Positions 26,977 to 35,781 of a DNA stretch of 64,000 nt are shown in pieces. Under the pieces are notes generated by a model that was given only the letters and a program-made list of their open reading frames with translations, was not told the origin of the DNA and did no database searches. A program made the translations under genes and the position numbers. Source of the stretch: Candidatus Omnitrophota bacterium (GTDB lineage Bacteria; Omnitrophota; Gorgyraeia; Duberdicusellales; 4484-171); NCBI GenBank assembly GCA_028692655.1, contig JAQUWY010000006.1, positions 728-64,727 of the forward strand, read 5' to 3'. Each line of letters opens with the position of its first letter. The stretch's first letter is position 1.

Positions 26977-28377
26977 ATGAGCGGTTTATTTGGCATCGTT
27001 TCCAGAAAAGATTGTACACAGGATTTATTTTATGGTACAGATTACCATTCTCATATGGGGACTGAATACGCGGGTGTGGCTGTTTTGGGTGATTCGTTCT
27101 GCCGGCAAATTCATAATATAAGCCAGACACAATTTAAATCAAAGTTTTATGAGGATTACAAACACATGAAGGGGAACAAAGGCGTAGGCGTCATCAGCGA
27201 TTTTGATGAGCAGCCTATTTATCTAAATTCCAAATTTGGCCCTTTTTGTCTGGTTACTGCGGGGCTCATTGAAAATAAAGAGTATTTGGCGAAAGAGCTT
27301 TTGAAAAAAGGTTTTTCTTTAAGCGAAGTTACCAAAAGCGGAGTAAATAGTACCGAGCTTATAGCAAAATTGATCAGTCAGGGCAAAGACTTGACAGATG
27401 GTATTGAAAAAGTGTTTGAAGTTATTGAAGGTTCATGCTCTCTCCTTCTGCTTAATGAAAAGGGGATTTATGCGGCAAGGGATAGGCGTGGATACACTCC
27501 CCTTACCATAGGAGAGAAAGAAGGCTCCTGGGCGGTTACTTCTGAAACCAGCGCTTTTCCTAACCTGGGGTTTAATATTAAAAAGTATATTCAGCCGGGG
27601 GAGATAGTCTTGATAAATGAAAATGGTATGGCAGCGAAAAAAAATGGTATCAGCGATAGCCAGATATGTACATTTTTGTGGATATATACAGGGTTTCCTG
27701 CTTCAACTTACGAAGGGATTAATACGGAAGTGGTGAGGGAAGAATGCGGTAAGCTTCTGGCTAGAAGAGATAAAGACATAGATGTAGATTTAGTTTCCGG
27801 GGTTCCTGATTCCGGCATTGCCCACGCCTTAGGATATGCCATGGAATCGGGTAAACCTTACCGCAGGCCTTTAGTCAAATATACTCCGGGTTACGGCCGA
27901 AGTTATACTCCCTCTTCTCAAGAAACGCGTGATTTTGTAGCCAAGATGAAGCTTATTCCTATAAAAGATATAATTAAAGGTAATAGGATTGTAGTTTGTG
28001 AAGATTCAATTGTAAGGGGTACCCAGCTTAAAAACTTTACCGTAAAGAAACTCTGGGAGGCCGGAGCCAAAGAGGTTCATGCCCGTCCGGCTTGTCCGCC
28101 TTTAATGTTTCCTTGTAAATTCTGCCTATCCACACGCAGTGCAAATGAGCTCGTTGCCCGCAAAGCCATAAAAGCTTTAGAAGGGAGAGACCTGGAAGAT
28201 ATAAGCGAATATTTGGATTACAATTCTCCTAAATACGCTAAGATGATAGAGTGGATTGCCCGTGATTTAGAAGTAACTACTTTAAGATATCAAACTATAG
28301 ATGATATGGTAGAAGCTGTGGGTTTGCCTAAAGAGAGGCTTTGCCGCTATTGCTGGATAGGGGACCATAGGAGTTGA
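26977..28377 (+). CDS. purF: Amidophosphoribosyltransferase homolog with intact PRTase domain but apparently degenerate N-terminal glutaminase (Ntn) domain
   Basis: PRTase domain motifs conserved (VSGVPDSGIAHALGYAMESGKPYRRPLVKY; IVVCEDSIVRGTQLK; AGAKEVHAR). The N-terminus is MSGLFGIVS rather than MCGIVGI, and the positions equivalent to E. coli R26/G27 and N101/G102 read HMGT and TAGL. No upstream in-frame alternative start exists; the stop lies 30 nt upstream. Confidence 0.8.
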   Translation: MSGLFGIVSRKDCTQDLFYGTDYHSHMGTEYAGVAVLGDSFCRQIHNISQTQFKSKFYEDYKHMKGNKGVGVISDFDEQPIYLNSKFGPFCLVTAGLIENKEYLAKELLKKGFSLSEVTKSGVNSTELIAKLISQGKDLTDGIEKVFEVIEGSCSLLLLNEKGIYAARDRRGYTPLTIGEKEGSWAVTSETSAFPNLGFNIKKYIQPGEIVLINENGMAAKKNGISDSQICTFLWIYTGFPASTYEGINTEVVREECGKLLARRDKDIDVDLVSGVPDSGIAHALGYAMESGKPYRRPLVKYTPGYGRSYTPSSQETRDFVAKMKLIPIKDIIKGNRIVVCEDSIVRGTQLKNFTVKKLWEAGAKEVHARPACPPLMFPCKFCLSTRSANELVARKAIKALEGRDLEDISEYLDYNSPKYAKMIEWIARDLEVTTLRYQTIDDMVEAVGLPKERLCRYCWIGDHRS

Positions 28378-29375
28378 TTGCTATGAAGAGAGTGGATTAT
28401 AAAAAATCAGGAGTTGATGTTAAGAAAGGCGAGCTGTTTGTTAAAAAAATAAACGTAAACAAATCCGGACAGATGAAAGCCTTTGGCTCGCTTTTTGATT
28501 TAGGGCCTTTGCTTAAAGATTTTAAGAATCCCGTTCTGGTTTCTTCGGCTGACGGCGTGGGAACAAAGCTGAATATTGCTCAAAAATTGAATGTTCATAA
28601 TACTGTCGGCATAGATTTGGTAGCGATGAACGTTAATGATGTAATTTGTACAGGCGCAAAGCCTTTGTTTTTTCTTGATTATATTGCTTGTGGGAAATTG
28701 AATATTAATACCCTCGTTGGTGTTATGAAGGGGATTAAAAAAGGGCTTGGGGAATCGGATTGCCTGCTTCTTGGCGGTGAAACCGCTGAAATGCCGGGTA
28801 TGTATAAGCCCGGTGAATATGATCTAGCGGCTTTTTGTGTAGGCATAGCTGATAAAAACCGCATAATCAACGGGAAAAACATAAAATCGGGAGATTTAAT
28901 AATCGGTTTGGAGTCCTCAGGCCTTCATTCTAATGGGTTTTCCCTGGTGAGGAAAGCCCTGGGCTCTAACGGGGTTAAGAGCTATGCTAAGGAATTACTC
29001 AAACCTACCCGTATTTATGTCAAACCTATTCTTTCTTTGCTCAAAGCTTACAACTTACAGCCTGCAGCCATAAAGGGCATCGCTCATGTTACAGGCGGTG
29101 CTTTTTACAATAAAGCCACCAAAATCCTTCCCCGGAATTTGGGCATGGTTGTAGAAAGAAAAAGCTGGAGAGTTCCTGAAATTTTTAAAGTTATTCAGAA
29201 CAGAGGAAGAATCCCCGAAAAAGAAATGTATTCTGTGTTTAATATGGGAATAGGTATGTTTTTGGTTGTAGACTCAAAATATGCTGCCCGTATTAAGGAA
29301 AAATTGAGCAAAAAAATAAAAGTTCATATTATTGGACGTGTCGAAAAATCTTCTAAAAAAATGGTGCTTGTATGA
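28374..29375 (+). CDS. purM: Phosphoribosylformylglycinamidine cyclo-ligase (AIR synthase)
   Basis: SADGVGTKL motif and AIRS N/C domains; 333 aa. Confidence 0.9.
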   Translation: MIAMKRVDYKKSGVDVKKGELFVKKINVNKSGQMKAFGSLFDLGPLLKDFKNPVLVSSADGVGTKLNIAQKLNVHNTVGIDLVAMNVNDVICTGAKPLFFLDYIACGKLNINTLVGVMKGIKKGLGESDCLLLGGETAEMPGMYKPGEYDLAAFCVGIADKNRIINGKNIKSGDLIIGLESSGLHSNGFSLVRKALGSNGVKSYAKELLKPTRIYVKPILSLLKAYNLQPAAIKGIAHVTGGAFYNKATKILPRNLGMVVERKSWRVPEIFKVIQNRGRIPEKEMYSVFNMGIGMFLVVDSKYAARIKEKLSKKIKVHIIGRVEKSSKKMVLV

Positions 29376-30655
29376 AGGTTCTTGTGGTTGGTTCTGGGGG
29401 CAGGGAGCATTGTTTGGCATGGAAACTTTCGCAGTCTACATTGGTAAATGAAATTTATTGTGCTCCCGGCAATGGAGGGACCAAAGAAAGCTTTCATAAT
29501 ATCAATATATCCGCTGACAATGTAAGCGGGCTCTTGAATTTCGCTTTAAAAGAGAAAATCGGGCTTACGGTTGTAGGGCCGGAAGTTTCTCTGGCTGCCG
29601 GCATAGTGGATGAGTTTGAAAACAGAAACCTGGCTATTTTTGGGCCCACGAAAGATTTGGCTCTTCTGGAGGCAAGTAAGGTTTTTTCTAAACAGACAAT
29701 GCTCAAATTTGGCCTTCCTACTGCTGATTTCGAAATCTTCACAAATCCTCAAAAAGCTAAAGAATATATAATAAATTGCGAGTATCCTCTAGTTGTAAAA
29801 GCCGACGGGTTAGCTGCCGGCAAAGGCGTTGTTGTGTGCCAGACAGAGAACCAGGCTAAAGAAGTCATAGATATGATGATGGTTGAAAAAAAGTTTGGTT
29901 CTGCCGCGGATAAAATAATAATTGAAAAGTTCATTGCCGGCCGGGAGGTTTCGATACTCGCCTTTACCGATGGTGAAACGATTCTTCCTTTGGTAGCTTC
30001 TCAAGATCATAAACGAGCGTACGAAAATGACCGAGGCCCAAATACCGGCGGTATGGGGGCTTACGCGCCTTCGGCCTTGTTTGATAATGCCTTGCTCAAA
30101 GAAACTATGGACAGAATTTTTAAACCTCTCATACACGGCTTGAGAAAAGAAGGTAAAATTTATAAAGGAATTCTTTATGCGGGGCTAATGATAAAAGACC
30201 TCCGGCCTTACGTATTAGAATTTAACGTTCGTTTCGGGGATCCAGAAACTCAGGCAATTTTACCTAAACTTAAAAGTGACTTGGCGGATGTAATGCTTAG
30301 AATAATAGGCGGCCGTCTCTCTGAAGTCGGTTTAGCCTGGGATGATAGATTTTGTTTGTGCGTGGTTCTGGCCTCAGGAGGCTATCCCGGAAAATATGAA
30401 AAGAATAAAATGATCAAAGGGCTTGATGAGTTCAAAAATACAAAGGATATTCTAATCTTCCATGCCGGTACCGAGCTCATCCAAGATCCAGCGTCTAACA
30501 CCCAAAGTTTCTTAACCAAGGGAGGCAGGGTTTTAAACGTAGCTGGCCTGGATTCTATTCCTAGCAAGGCACAAGCAAAGGTTTATGCGGCGATAGACCG
30601 TATAAATTTTGGAGGCATGTTCTATCGTAAAGATATTGGCAATGGGGCTCTATAA
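29372..30655 (+). CDS. purD: Phosphoribosylamine--glycine ligase
   Basis: MKVLVVGSGGREHCLAWKL N-terminus and ATP-grasp domain; 427 aa. Confidence 0.95.
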   Translation: MKVLVVGSGGREHCLAWKLSQSTLVNEIYCAPGNGGTKESFHNINISADNVSGLLNFALKEKIGLTVVGPEVSLAAGIVDEFENRNLAIFGPTKDLALLEASKVFSKQTMLKFGLPTADFEIFTNPQKAKEYIINCEYPLVVKADGLAAGKGVVVCQTENQAKEVIDMMMVEKKFGSAADKIIIEKFIAGREVSILAFTDGETILPLVASQDHKRAYENDRGPNTGGMGAYAPSALFDNALLKETMDRIFKPLIHGLRKEGKIYKGILYAGLMIKDLRPYVLEFNVRFGDPETQAILPKLKSDLADVMLRIIGGRLSEVGLAWDDRFCLCVVLASGGYPGKYEKNKMIKGLDEFKNTKDILIFHAGTELIQDPASNTQSFLTKGGRVLNVAGLDSIPSKAQAKVYAAIDRINFGGMFYRKDIGNGAL

Positions 30656-30812
30656 AACGAGAACCTTATCCCTGACTAAGCCAGCCTTATTTGTTTTGAT
30701 TTTCTGCTAAAATCCGAGTGTTGTTTTTTGGGAGATTCTTCTAAAAAAATAAAGGTTTGAATTTCTTCTATTTAAACGATAAAATAAGATAATTTAATCG
30801 GGAGGTATAATA

Positions 30813-31268
30813 ATGAAAGAAAAAATTGCCATTGTTTTAGGCAGTAAAAATGATATGCCAAAGCTTAAGGAAGGCATAGATTTGCTTGATGATTTAAAGA
30901 TCGCTTATTGTTTGGAGATTATTTCTGCACATAGAAATCCTGAGAAATTGAGAAGATTTTGTTTATCTCTAAAAAGAAGAGGCATCGAGACTATTATTGC
31001 TGCAGCGGGAATGGCCGCAGCTTTGCCGGGGTTCATTGCTTCTTATACAGATATACCGGTTATAGGAGTCGCTTTAGAAGGAGGGCTTTTAGGCGGGATA
31101 GATGCCCTTTTCTCTATTACCAGTACTCCTAAAGGGCTGGGTTTGGTTGCTTCTGGAGTAGGGAAGAGTGCTTTTATAAATGCAGTAATTTTTTCGTTAG
31201 AGATTCTTGCTCTTGGAGATAAAAAATACGCTGTCAAATTGAGGGCTCTAAAGAAAAAATTTAAATAA
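30813..31268 (+). CDS. purE: 5-(carboxyamino)imidazole ribonucleotide mutase / AIR carboxylase catalytic subunit
   Basis: IAIVLGSKNDMPKL...ISAHRNPEKL...AAGMAAALPG - PurE signature; 151 aa. Confidence 0.9.
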   Translation: MKEKIAIVLGSKNDMPKLKEGIDLLDDLKIAYCLEIISAHRNPEKLRRFCLSLKRRGIETIIAAAGMAAALPGFIASYTDIPVIGVALEGGLLGGIDALFSITSTPKGLGLVASGVGKSAFINAVIFSLEILALGDKKYAVKLRALKKKFK

Positions 31269-31419
31269 AGCATGCCGTTTCTTCTAAACCAACAATTTTG
31301 GAAGTAGCGATATAAGGTAATCCGGTTTTTTCAGCCTGCATCTTTGGCTGATAATATTAATTCTGAATCAGGCGCAACTAGAGTTTAATCCGTCAAAATT
31401 ATTTTTAACTAGGTAATTA

Positions 31420-32484
31420 ATGGAAAAGATAACTATAGACTCTGCTAATATTGATAATGCCTTAATTGAGAAAGCAGCCCGGATCATTCTTGATGGTGGA
31501 GTGGTGGCATTTCCCACCGAAACCGTTTATGGCTTAGCCGTTCTTGCAGGTAGAAGCGACTTGTTGGAGAAACTTGCCGTATTAAAAAAGAGGCCGCAAG
31601 ATAAGCTTTTTTCATTGGCCCTGGATACTCCTACCAGGGTGCTTAATAATTATTTCGATATTATGACTCCTTTTGGATACAGGCTTGCAGAAAAATTTTG
31701 GCCGGGCCCGCTTACGATTATCTATTATACTTTTGATAGCACAAAGATCGGAGTGCGTGTTCCCAGCCATCCTGTTGCAAAACGTATTTTGAAATTTACA
31801 CCTGCCGGATTGTATCTGTCTTCGGCTAATACAAATGGCCATAAAGAAGCGGTGTCTGCCGCTGAGGTAGAAAGTTTTTTTCCTCAAGGGATTGACCTGT
31901 TGGTTGATTCCGGCACAATACCAGAGGCAAAACCTTCGACAGTAGTTGATGCAACCCAGCGGCCTTTTAGGGTTTTACGCCAGGGCATAATCAGCGAACA
32001 AGATATTGCAAAAGTTTTTGTTAAAAAAAGGATACTTTTTGTTTGTACGGGCAACAGCTGCCGTTCGCCTATGGCGCAGCTGCTTCTGGACAAGTATTTA
32101 CGCCGCCAAAAGCCTTATTTTGATAGCAGATATGAAATTTTTTCTGCCGGAATATCAGCTCTGCCCGGGGCGGGAATTTCGTCTCATGTAGCAAAGATTT
32201 TAGAAGAAAAGGAAAATCTGGGTTCAGAGAGTTTTTCAGCCCGGAGACTGGATAAATTCATGGTCCTTTCTTCTGACTTTATTTTTACCATGGAAGATGC
32301 CCAAAAGAATTATATTCTAAGGTTTATTCCTCAGGCCGAAGGAAGGGTTTTTAACCTTAAGCAGTTTATTACTCCTGAACCCGAGGCCGATATAACTGAT
32401 CCTATCGGGCGCAGTACTGATGTTCATCAAGAAGTGTATGGCCTGATAAAGGAAGCAGTTTTAGAGCTCAAAGACTGGCTTTAA
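31420..32484 (+). CDS. tsaC: Fusion protein: L-threonylcarbamoyladenylate synthase (TsaC/YrdC domain) + low-molecular-weight protein (Tyr/Arg) phosphatase domain
   Basis: N-terminal YrdC fold (GGVVAFPTETVYGLA, ...SSANTNG...); C-terminal LMW-PTP P-loop ILFVCTGNSCRSPMAQ plus downstream D-P motif (DITDPIG). Followed by rpiB and glyA as in B. subtilis ywlC-ywlE-ywlF-glyA. Confidence 0.8.
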   Translation: MEKITIDSANIDNALIEKAARIILDGGVVAFPTETVYGLAVLAGRSDLLEKLAVLKKRPQDKLFSLALDTPTRVLNNYFDIMTPFGYRLAEKFWPGPLTIIYYTFDSTKIGVRVPSHPVAKRILKFTPAGLYLSSANTNGHKEAVSAAEVESFFPQGIDLLVDSGTIPEAKPSTVVDATQRPFRVLRQGIISEQDIAKVFVKKRILFVCTGNSCRSPMAQLLLDKYLRRQKPYFDSRYEIFSAGISALPGAGISSHVAKILEEKENLGSESFSARRLDKFMVLSSDFIFTMEDAQKNYILRFIPQAEGRVFNLKQFITPEPEADITDPIGRSTDVHQEVYGLIKEAVLELKDWL

Positions 32485-32540
32485 ATATTTTTAAAAAGTT
32501 GTAAAATTCAAGTGTCAAAGCAGCAGAAAGAGAGGTAGAG

Positions 32541-32990
32541 ATGAGGATAACATTGGCGAGTGACCATCGAGGATTTAAACTAAAAAGTATTTTATTGCGA
32601 TTTTTAAAAGAGCAGGGCCACGAGGCCATTGATTGCGGTACATTCTCCAAGGAGCCATGTGATTACCCGGATTACACTTATTTAGCTGCCGCAGCCCTAA
32701 AGAATAAAAAAGCTGACCGGGCTATTATTATCTGTTTTACAGGTATAGGCAGTTGCATTGCCGCCAACAAAGTTAAAGGAGTCAGGGCCGCTCTTGTATA
32801 TAATCTGAAAAGTGCTTATATGTCGCGCCGGCATAATAACAGCAATGCCCTGGTTATACCATCCTATCTTTTTAAAACAGATTATATCAAAAAAATAATT
32901 AACCGCTGGCTTAAAGAAGAATTTGAGGGCGGTAGGCACTCACGCAGGTTAAGGAAAATAAGAGAAATAGAGGAGAGAGAAAATGTTTGA
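32541..32990 (+). CDS. rpiB: Ribose-5-phosphate isomerase B
   Basis: [15 protein letters not shown]... and catalytic Cys region ([14 protein letters not shown]); 149 aa RpiB/LacAB family. Confidence 0.9.
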   Translation: MRITLASDHRGFKLKSILLRFLKEQGHEAIDCGTFSKEPCDYPDYTYLAAAALKNKKADRAIIICFTGIGSCIAANKVKGVRAALVYNLKSAYMSRRHNNSNALVIPSYLFKTDYIKKIINRWLKEEFEGGRHSRRLRKIREIEERENV

Positions 32991-34230
32991 AGAGTTGAAG
33001 CGGGTAGACATAAAAATATACGAAAGTATAAAAAAAGAACTTACCAGGCAGAGAGAACACCTTGAGCTTATCGCCAGTGAAAATTTTACCCCTTTGGCAG
33101 TTCTTCAAGCTCAGGGTTCGGTTTTGACTAATAAATACGCCGAAGGGTATCCTAAAGCACGCTGGTATGGGGGCTGTGAATTTGTTGATCAAGCTGAAGA
33201 TTTGGCTCTTTCCAGGGTCAAAGAACTGTTTGGAGCTGAATATGCCAATGTTCAACCTCATTCCGGCAGCCAAGCTAACATGGCTGTTATGATGGCAGTT
33301 TTAAATGCTGGAGATACTATTCTGGCTATGGATTTAGCTTGTGGTGGGCACCTTTCTCATGGCCATCCCCTAAATTTCAGCGGCAGATTTTATAATATTG
33401 TTCCCTACGGGGTTAATAAAAGAACAGAAGCTTTAGATTATAATGAGATAGAAAGCCTAGCCTTAGAGCATAGGCCCCGGATGATAATAGCCGGTGCCAG
33501 CGCTTATCCCCGAACTATAGATTTTAAACGCTTCAGGGGTATAGCGGATAAAGTAGGTGCGTACCTTTTAGTAGACATGGCTCATTTTGCCGGTTTAGTA
33601 GCAGCAAAGATTTATCCGAATCCCTGCGAATATGCTGAATTTGTTACTTCGACGACTCATAAGACACTACGCGGCCCCAGGGGTGGGTTTATTTTAGCCC
33701 GGGAAAAGTTCGGCAAGAAAATTAACACGGCTGTTTTTCCGGGGATACAAGGCGGCCCTTTAATGCATGTTATTGCGGCTAAAGCTGTTGCTTTTGGCCT
33801 GGCTCTTAAAAAAGAATTCATTGATTATCAGAAGCAGGTAGTGGTTAATGCCCGATACTTTTCCGGTTTAATGGAGAAAAAAGGTTACAGGGTTGTTAGT
33901 TCAGGTACAGACACGCATCTTTTCCTTTTAGATTTAAGGGCTAAAGATATAAGCGGCAAGCAAGCTTCGGCGCTTTTAGAAAGTATCAATATAACCGTTA
34001 ATAAAAACCTTATACCGTTTGACCCAATGCCTCCGGCGGTTGCCAGCGGTATACGTATAGGGACGCCGGCAATTACGACCCGAGGCATAAAAGAGGAAGG
34101 CGTGGAGAGAATTGCTGAGTTTATGGATAATGCTTTACAGAATAAGAACAACCAGGAAAATCTCCTAAGAATTAAACAAGAAGTTATAGAATTTACTAAA
34201 AAATACCCTCTTTACGAAGGGATAATTTGA
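32983..34230 (+). CDS. glyA: Serine hydroxymethyltransferase
   Basis: [34 protein letters not shown] lysine region [12 protein letters not shown]; 415 aa. Confidence 0.95.
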   Translation: MFEELKRVDIKIYESIKKELTRQREHLELIASENFTPLAVLQAQGSVLTNKYAEGYPKARWYGGCEFVDQAEDLALSRVKELFGAEYANVQPHSGSQANMAVMMAVLNAGDTILAMDLACGGHLSHGHPLNFSGRFYNIVPYGVNKRTEALDYNEIESLALEHRPRMIIAGASAYPRTIDFKRFRGIADKVGAYLLVDMAHFAGLVAAKIYPNPCEYAEFVTSTTHKTLRGPRGGFILAREKFGKKINTAVFPGIQGGPLMHVIAAKAVAFGLALKKEFIDYQKQVVVNARYFSGLMEKKGYRVVSSGTDTHLFLLDLRAKDISGKQASALLESINITVNKNLIPFDPMPPAVASGIRIGTPAITTRGIKEEGVERIAEFMDNALQNKNNQENLLRIKQEVIEFTKKYPLYEGII

Positions 34231-34267
34231 AGAAAGGAAAGTGTTTAGGTGCTGCAGGGATTTATAG

Positions 34268-34747
34268 GTGAAATTTATGGTTAAAAAAGATAAATCTAAA
34301 CGGCCGAGTTGGGATGAATATTTTATGAAGGCGGCTTCTTTGATTTGTGAACGTTCCACTTGCCTGCGCCGCAAGGTGGGAGCTGTTTTGGTTAAAGATA
34401 AACATATTCTTGCCACCGGATATAACGGTGCTCCAATGGGGATTGAGCACTGCGATGTTGCAGGCTGTCTTAGGCAGGCTCAAGGGGTTCCTTCCGGCCA
34501 GAGGCATGAAATCTGCCGAGGGCTGCACGCGGAGCAAAATGTTATATTGCAAGCGGCTTTACATGGAGTTTCAACCAAAGGCAGCAGCCTTTATATAACT
34601 CATACTCCTTGCAGTATCTGCGCTAAAATGATTATTAATGCGGGTATAATTGAGGTAGTGGTTTTAGAAGAATACCCCGATAAAATGGCGATAGAATTTT
34701 TAAAAGCTGCTAAAGTTAAAATACGTAAAGTTTCCAAGAGCAAATAA
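34268..34747 (+). CDS. dCMP deaminase (ComEB-type cytidine/deoxycytidylate deaminase)
   Basis: Zinc-binding motifs HAEQNVI and [15 protein letters not shown]; WDEYFM N-terminal helix typical of dCMP deaminases. True start may be a few codons downstream (MVKKDKS). Confidence 0.8.
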   Translation: MKFMVKKDKSKRPSWDEYFMKAASLICERSTCLRRKVGAVLVKDKHILATGYNGAPMGIEHCDVAGCLRQAQGVPSGQRHEICRGLHAEQNVILQAALHGVSTKGSSLYITHTPCSICAKMIINAGIIEVVVLEEYPDKMAIEFLKAAKVKIRKVSKSK

Positions 34748-34808
34748 TAGAACTTTATTCAGGACGATTTAAAAATCTTTTAGGTAAACTTAAATTCAGA
34801 GGTGAACG

Positions 34809-35270
34809 ATGAAATGCCCTTATTGCAACAGCAGCGAAAATAAAGTTACGGATTCACGCGAAACCTCGGAAGGCGTGGCTATACGCCGGCGCCGGGAATG
34901 CCTTAATTGTAATAAAAGATTTACTACTTATGAATATGTTGAGAAAACACCGCTTATGGTTATTAAAAAAGACGGCCGCCGTGAACCCTTTAACCATCAA
35001 AAGATTATTTCCGGGCTCCTTAAAGCTTGCGAGAAGCGCCCGGTAAGTGTGGAAAAGCTGGAGGCTATAGTTAACGAAATAGAAACCGAGCTTCAAAAAA
35101 GATTTGAGCAGGAGTTGGAGTCACATATCGTAGGAGAGCTAGTTATGGAAAAATTAGCCAAGCTTGACGATGTGGCTTACGTTCGCTTTGCTTCCGTTTA
35201 TAGGCAGTTTAAAGACATCAACCAGTTTATGCGGGAATTAAGGGATGTTTTTAGTAAAAAAATCAAATAA
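34809..35270 (+). CDS. nrdR: Transcriptional repressor NrdR
   Basis: [18 protein letters not shown]...[12 protein letters not shown] zinc ribbon followed by ATP-cone domain; 153 aa. Confidence 0.9.
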   Translation: MKCPYCNSSENKVTDSRETSEGVAIRRRRECLNCNKRFTTYEYVEKTPLMVIKKDGRREPFNHQKIISGLLKACEKRPVSVEKLEAIVNEIETELQKRFEQELESHIVGELVMEKLAKLDDVAYVRFASVYRQFKDINQFMRELRDVFSKKIK

Positions 35271-35275
35271 AGAAC

Positions 35276-35668
35276 ATGATAGAAATGGAGCTTTCCAGGA
35301 TAGTAATTGATGAAACAAAGAAGGAACAGATAATTGTCTTGAAGGAAAAAGGCGGCCAGCAAACTTTGCCTATTGTTATAGGAATGAGTGAGGTTACAGC
35401 GATAAAAATGACCCTGGGGGGGCTCAAGCCGCCTCGGCCGCTATCCCACGACCTTATGTTTTCCATTATAGAAGCCCTGGGCGCCAGGTTAGAAAAAGTT
35501 GTTATAGATAATCTGGTAGAAGGGGTATTTCATGCTAAACTTTACATAAATAATAAAGGTGCAATGATTAAGATTGTCGATGCCCGCCCTTCTGATGGCG
35601 TTGCTTTGGCAGTAAGAGCTAAATCTCCTATCTTTGTCCACAGTCAGGTTTTTGATAAATTGTCTTGA
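35276..35668 (+). CDS. Bifunctional nuclease (BFN/DUF151) domain protein
   Basis: LPIVIGMSEVTAIKM...RPLSHDL...DARPSDGVALAVRAKSPIFV matches the DUF151/BFN family pattern. Confidence 0.7.
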   Translation: MIEMELSRIVIDETKKEQIIVLKEKGGQQTLPIVIGMSEVTAIKMTLGGLKPPRPLSHDLMFSIIEALGARLEKVVIDNLVEGVFHAKLYINNKGAMIKIVDARPSDGVALAVRAKSPIFVHSQVFDKLS

Positions 35669-35781
35669 TATTCTGTTTATTCAAAGTATTTAATTTTCTA
35701 TCCAAAAAACTTTAGGCCTGGTTTTTGATGATTTAAATTAAACTTAAATATTGCTGCCAAGCTGTAAATATAAGGGGCCGT

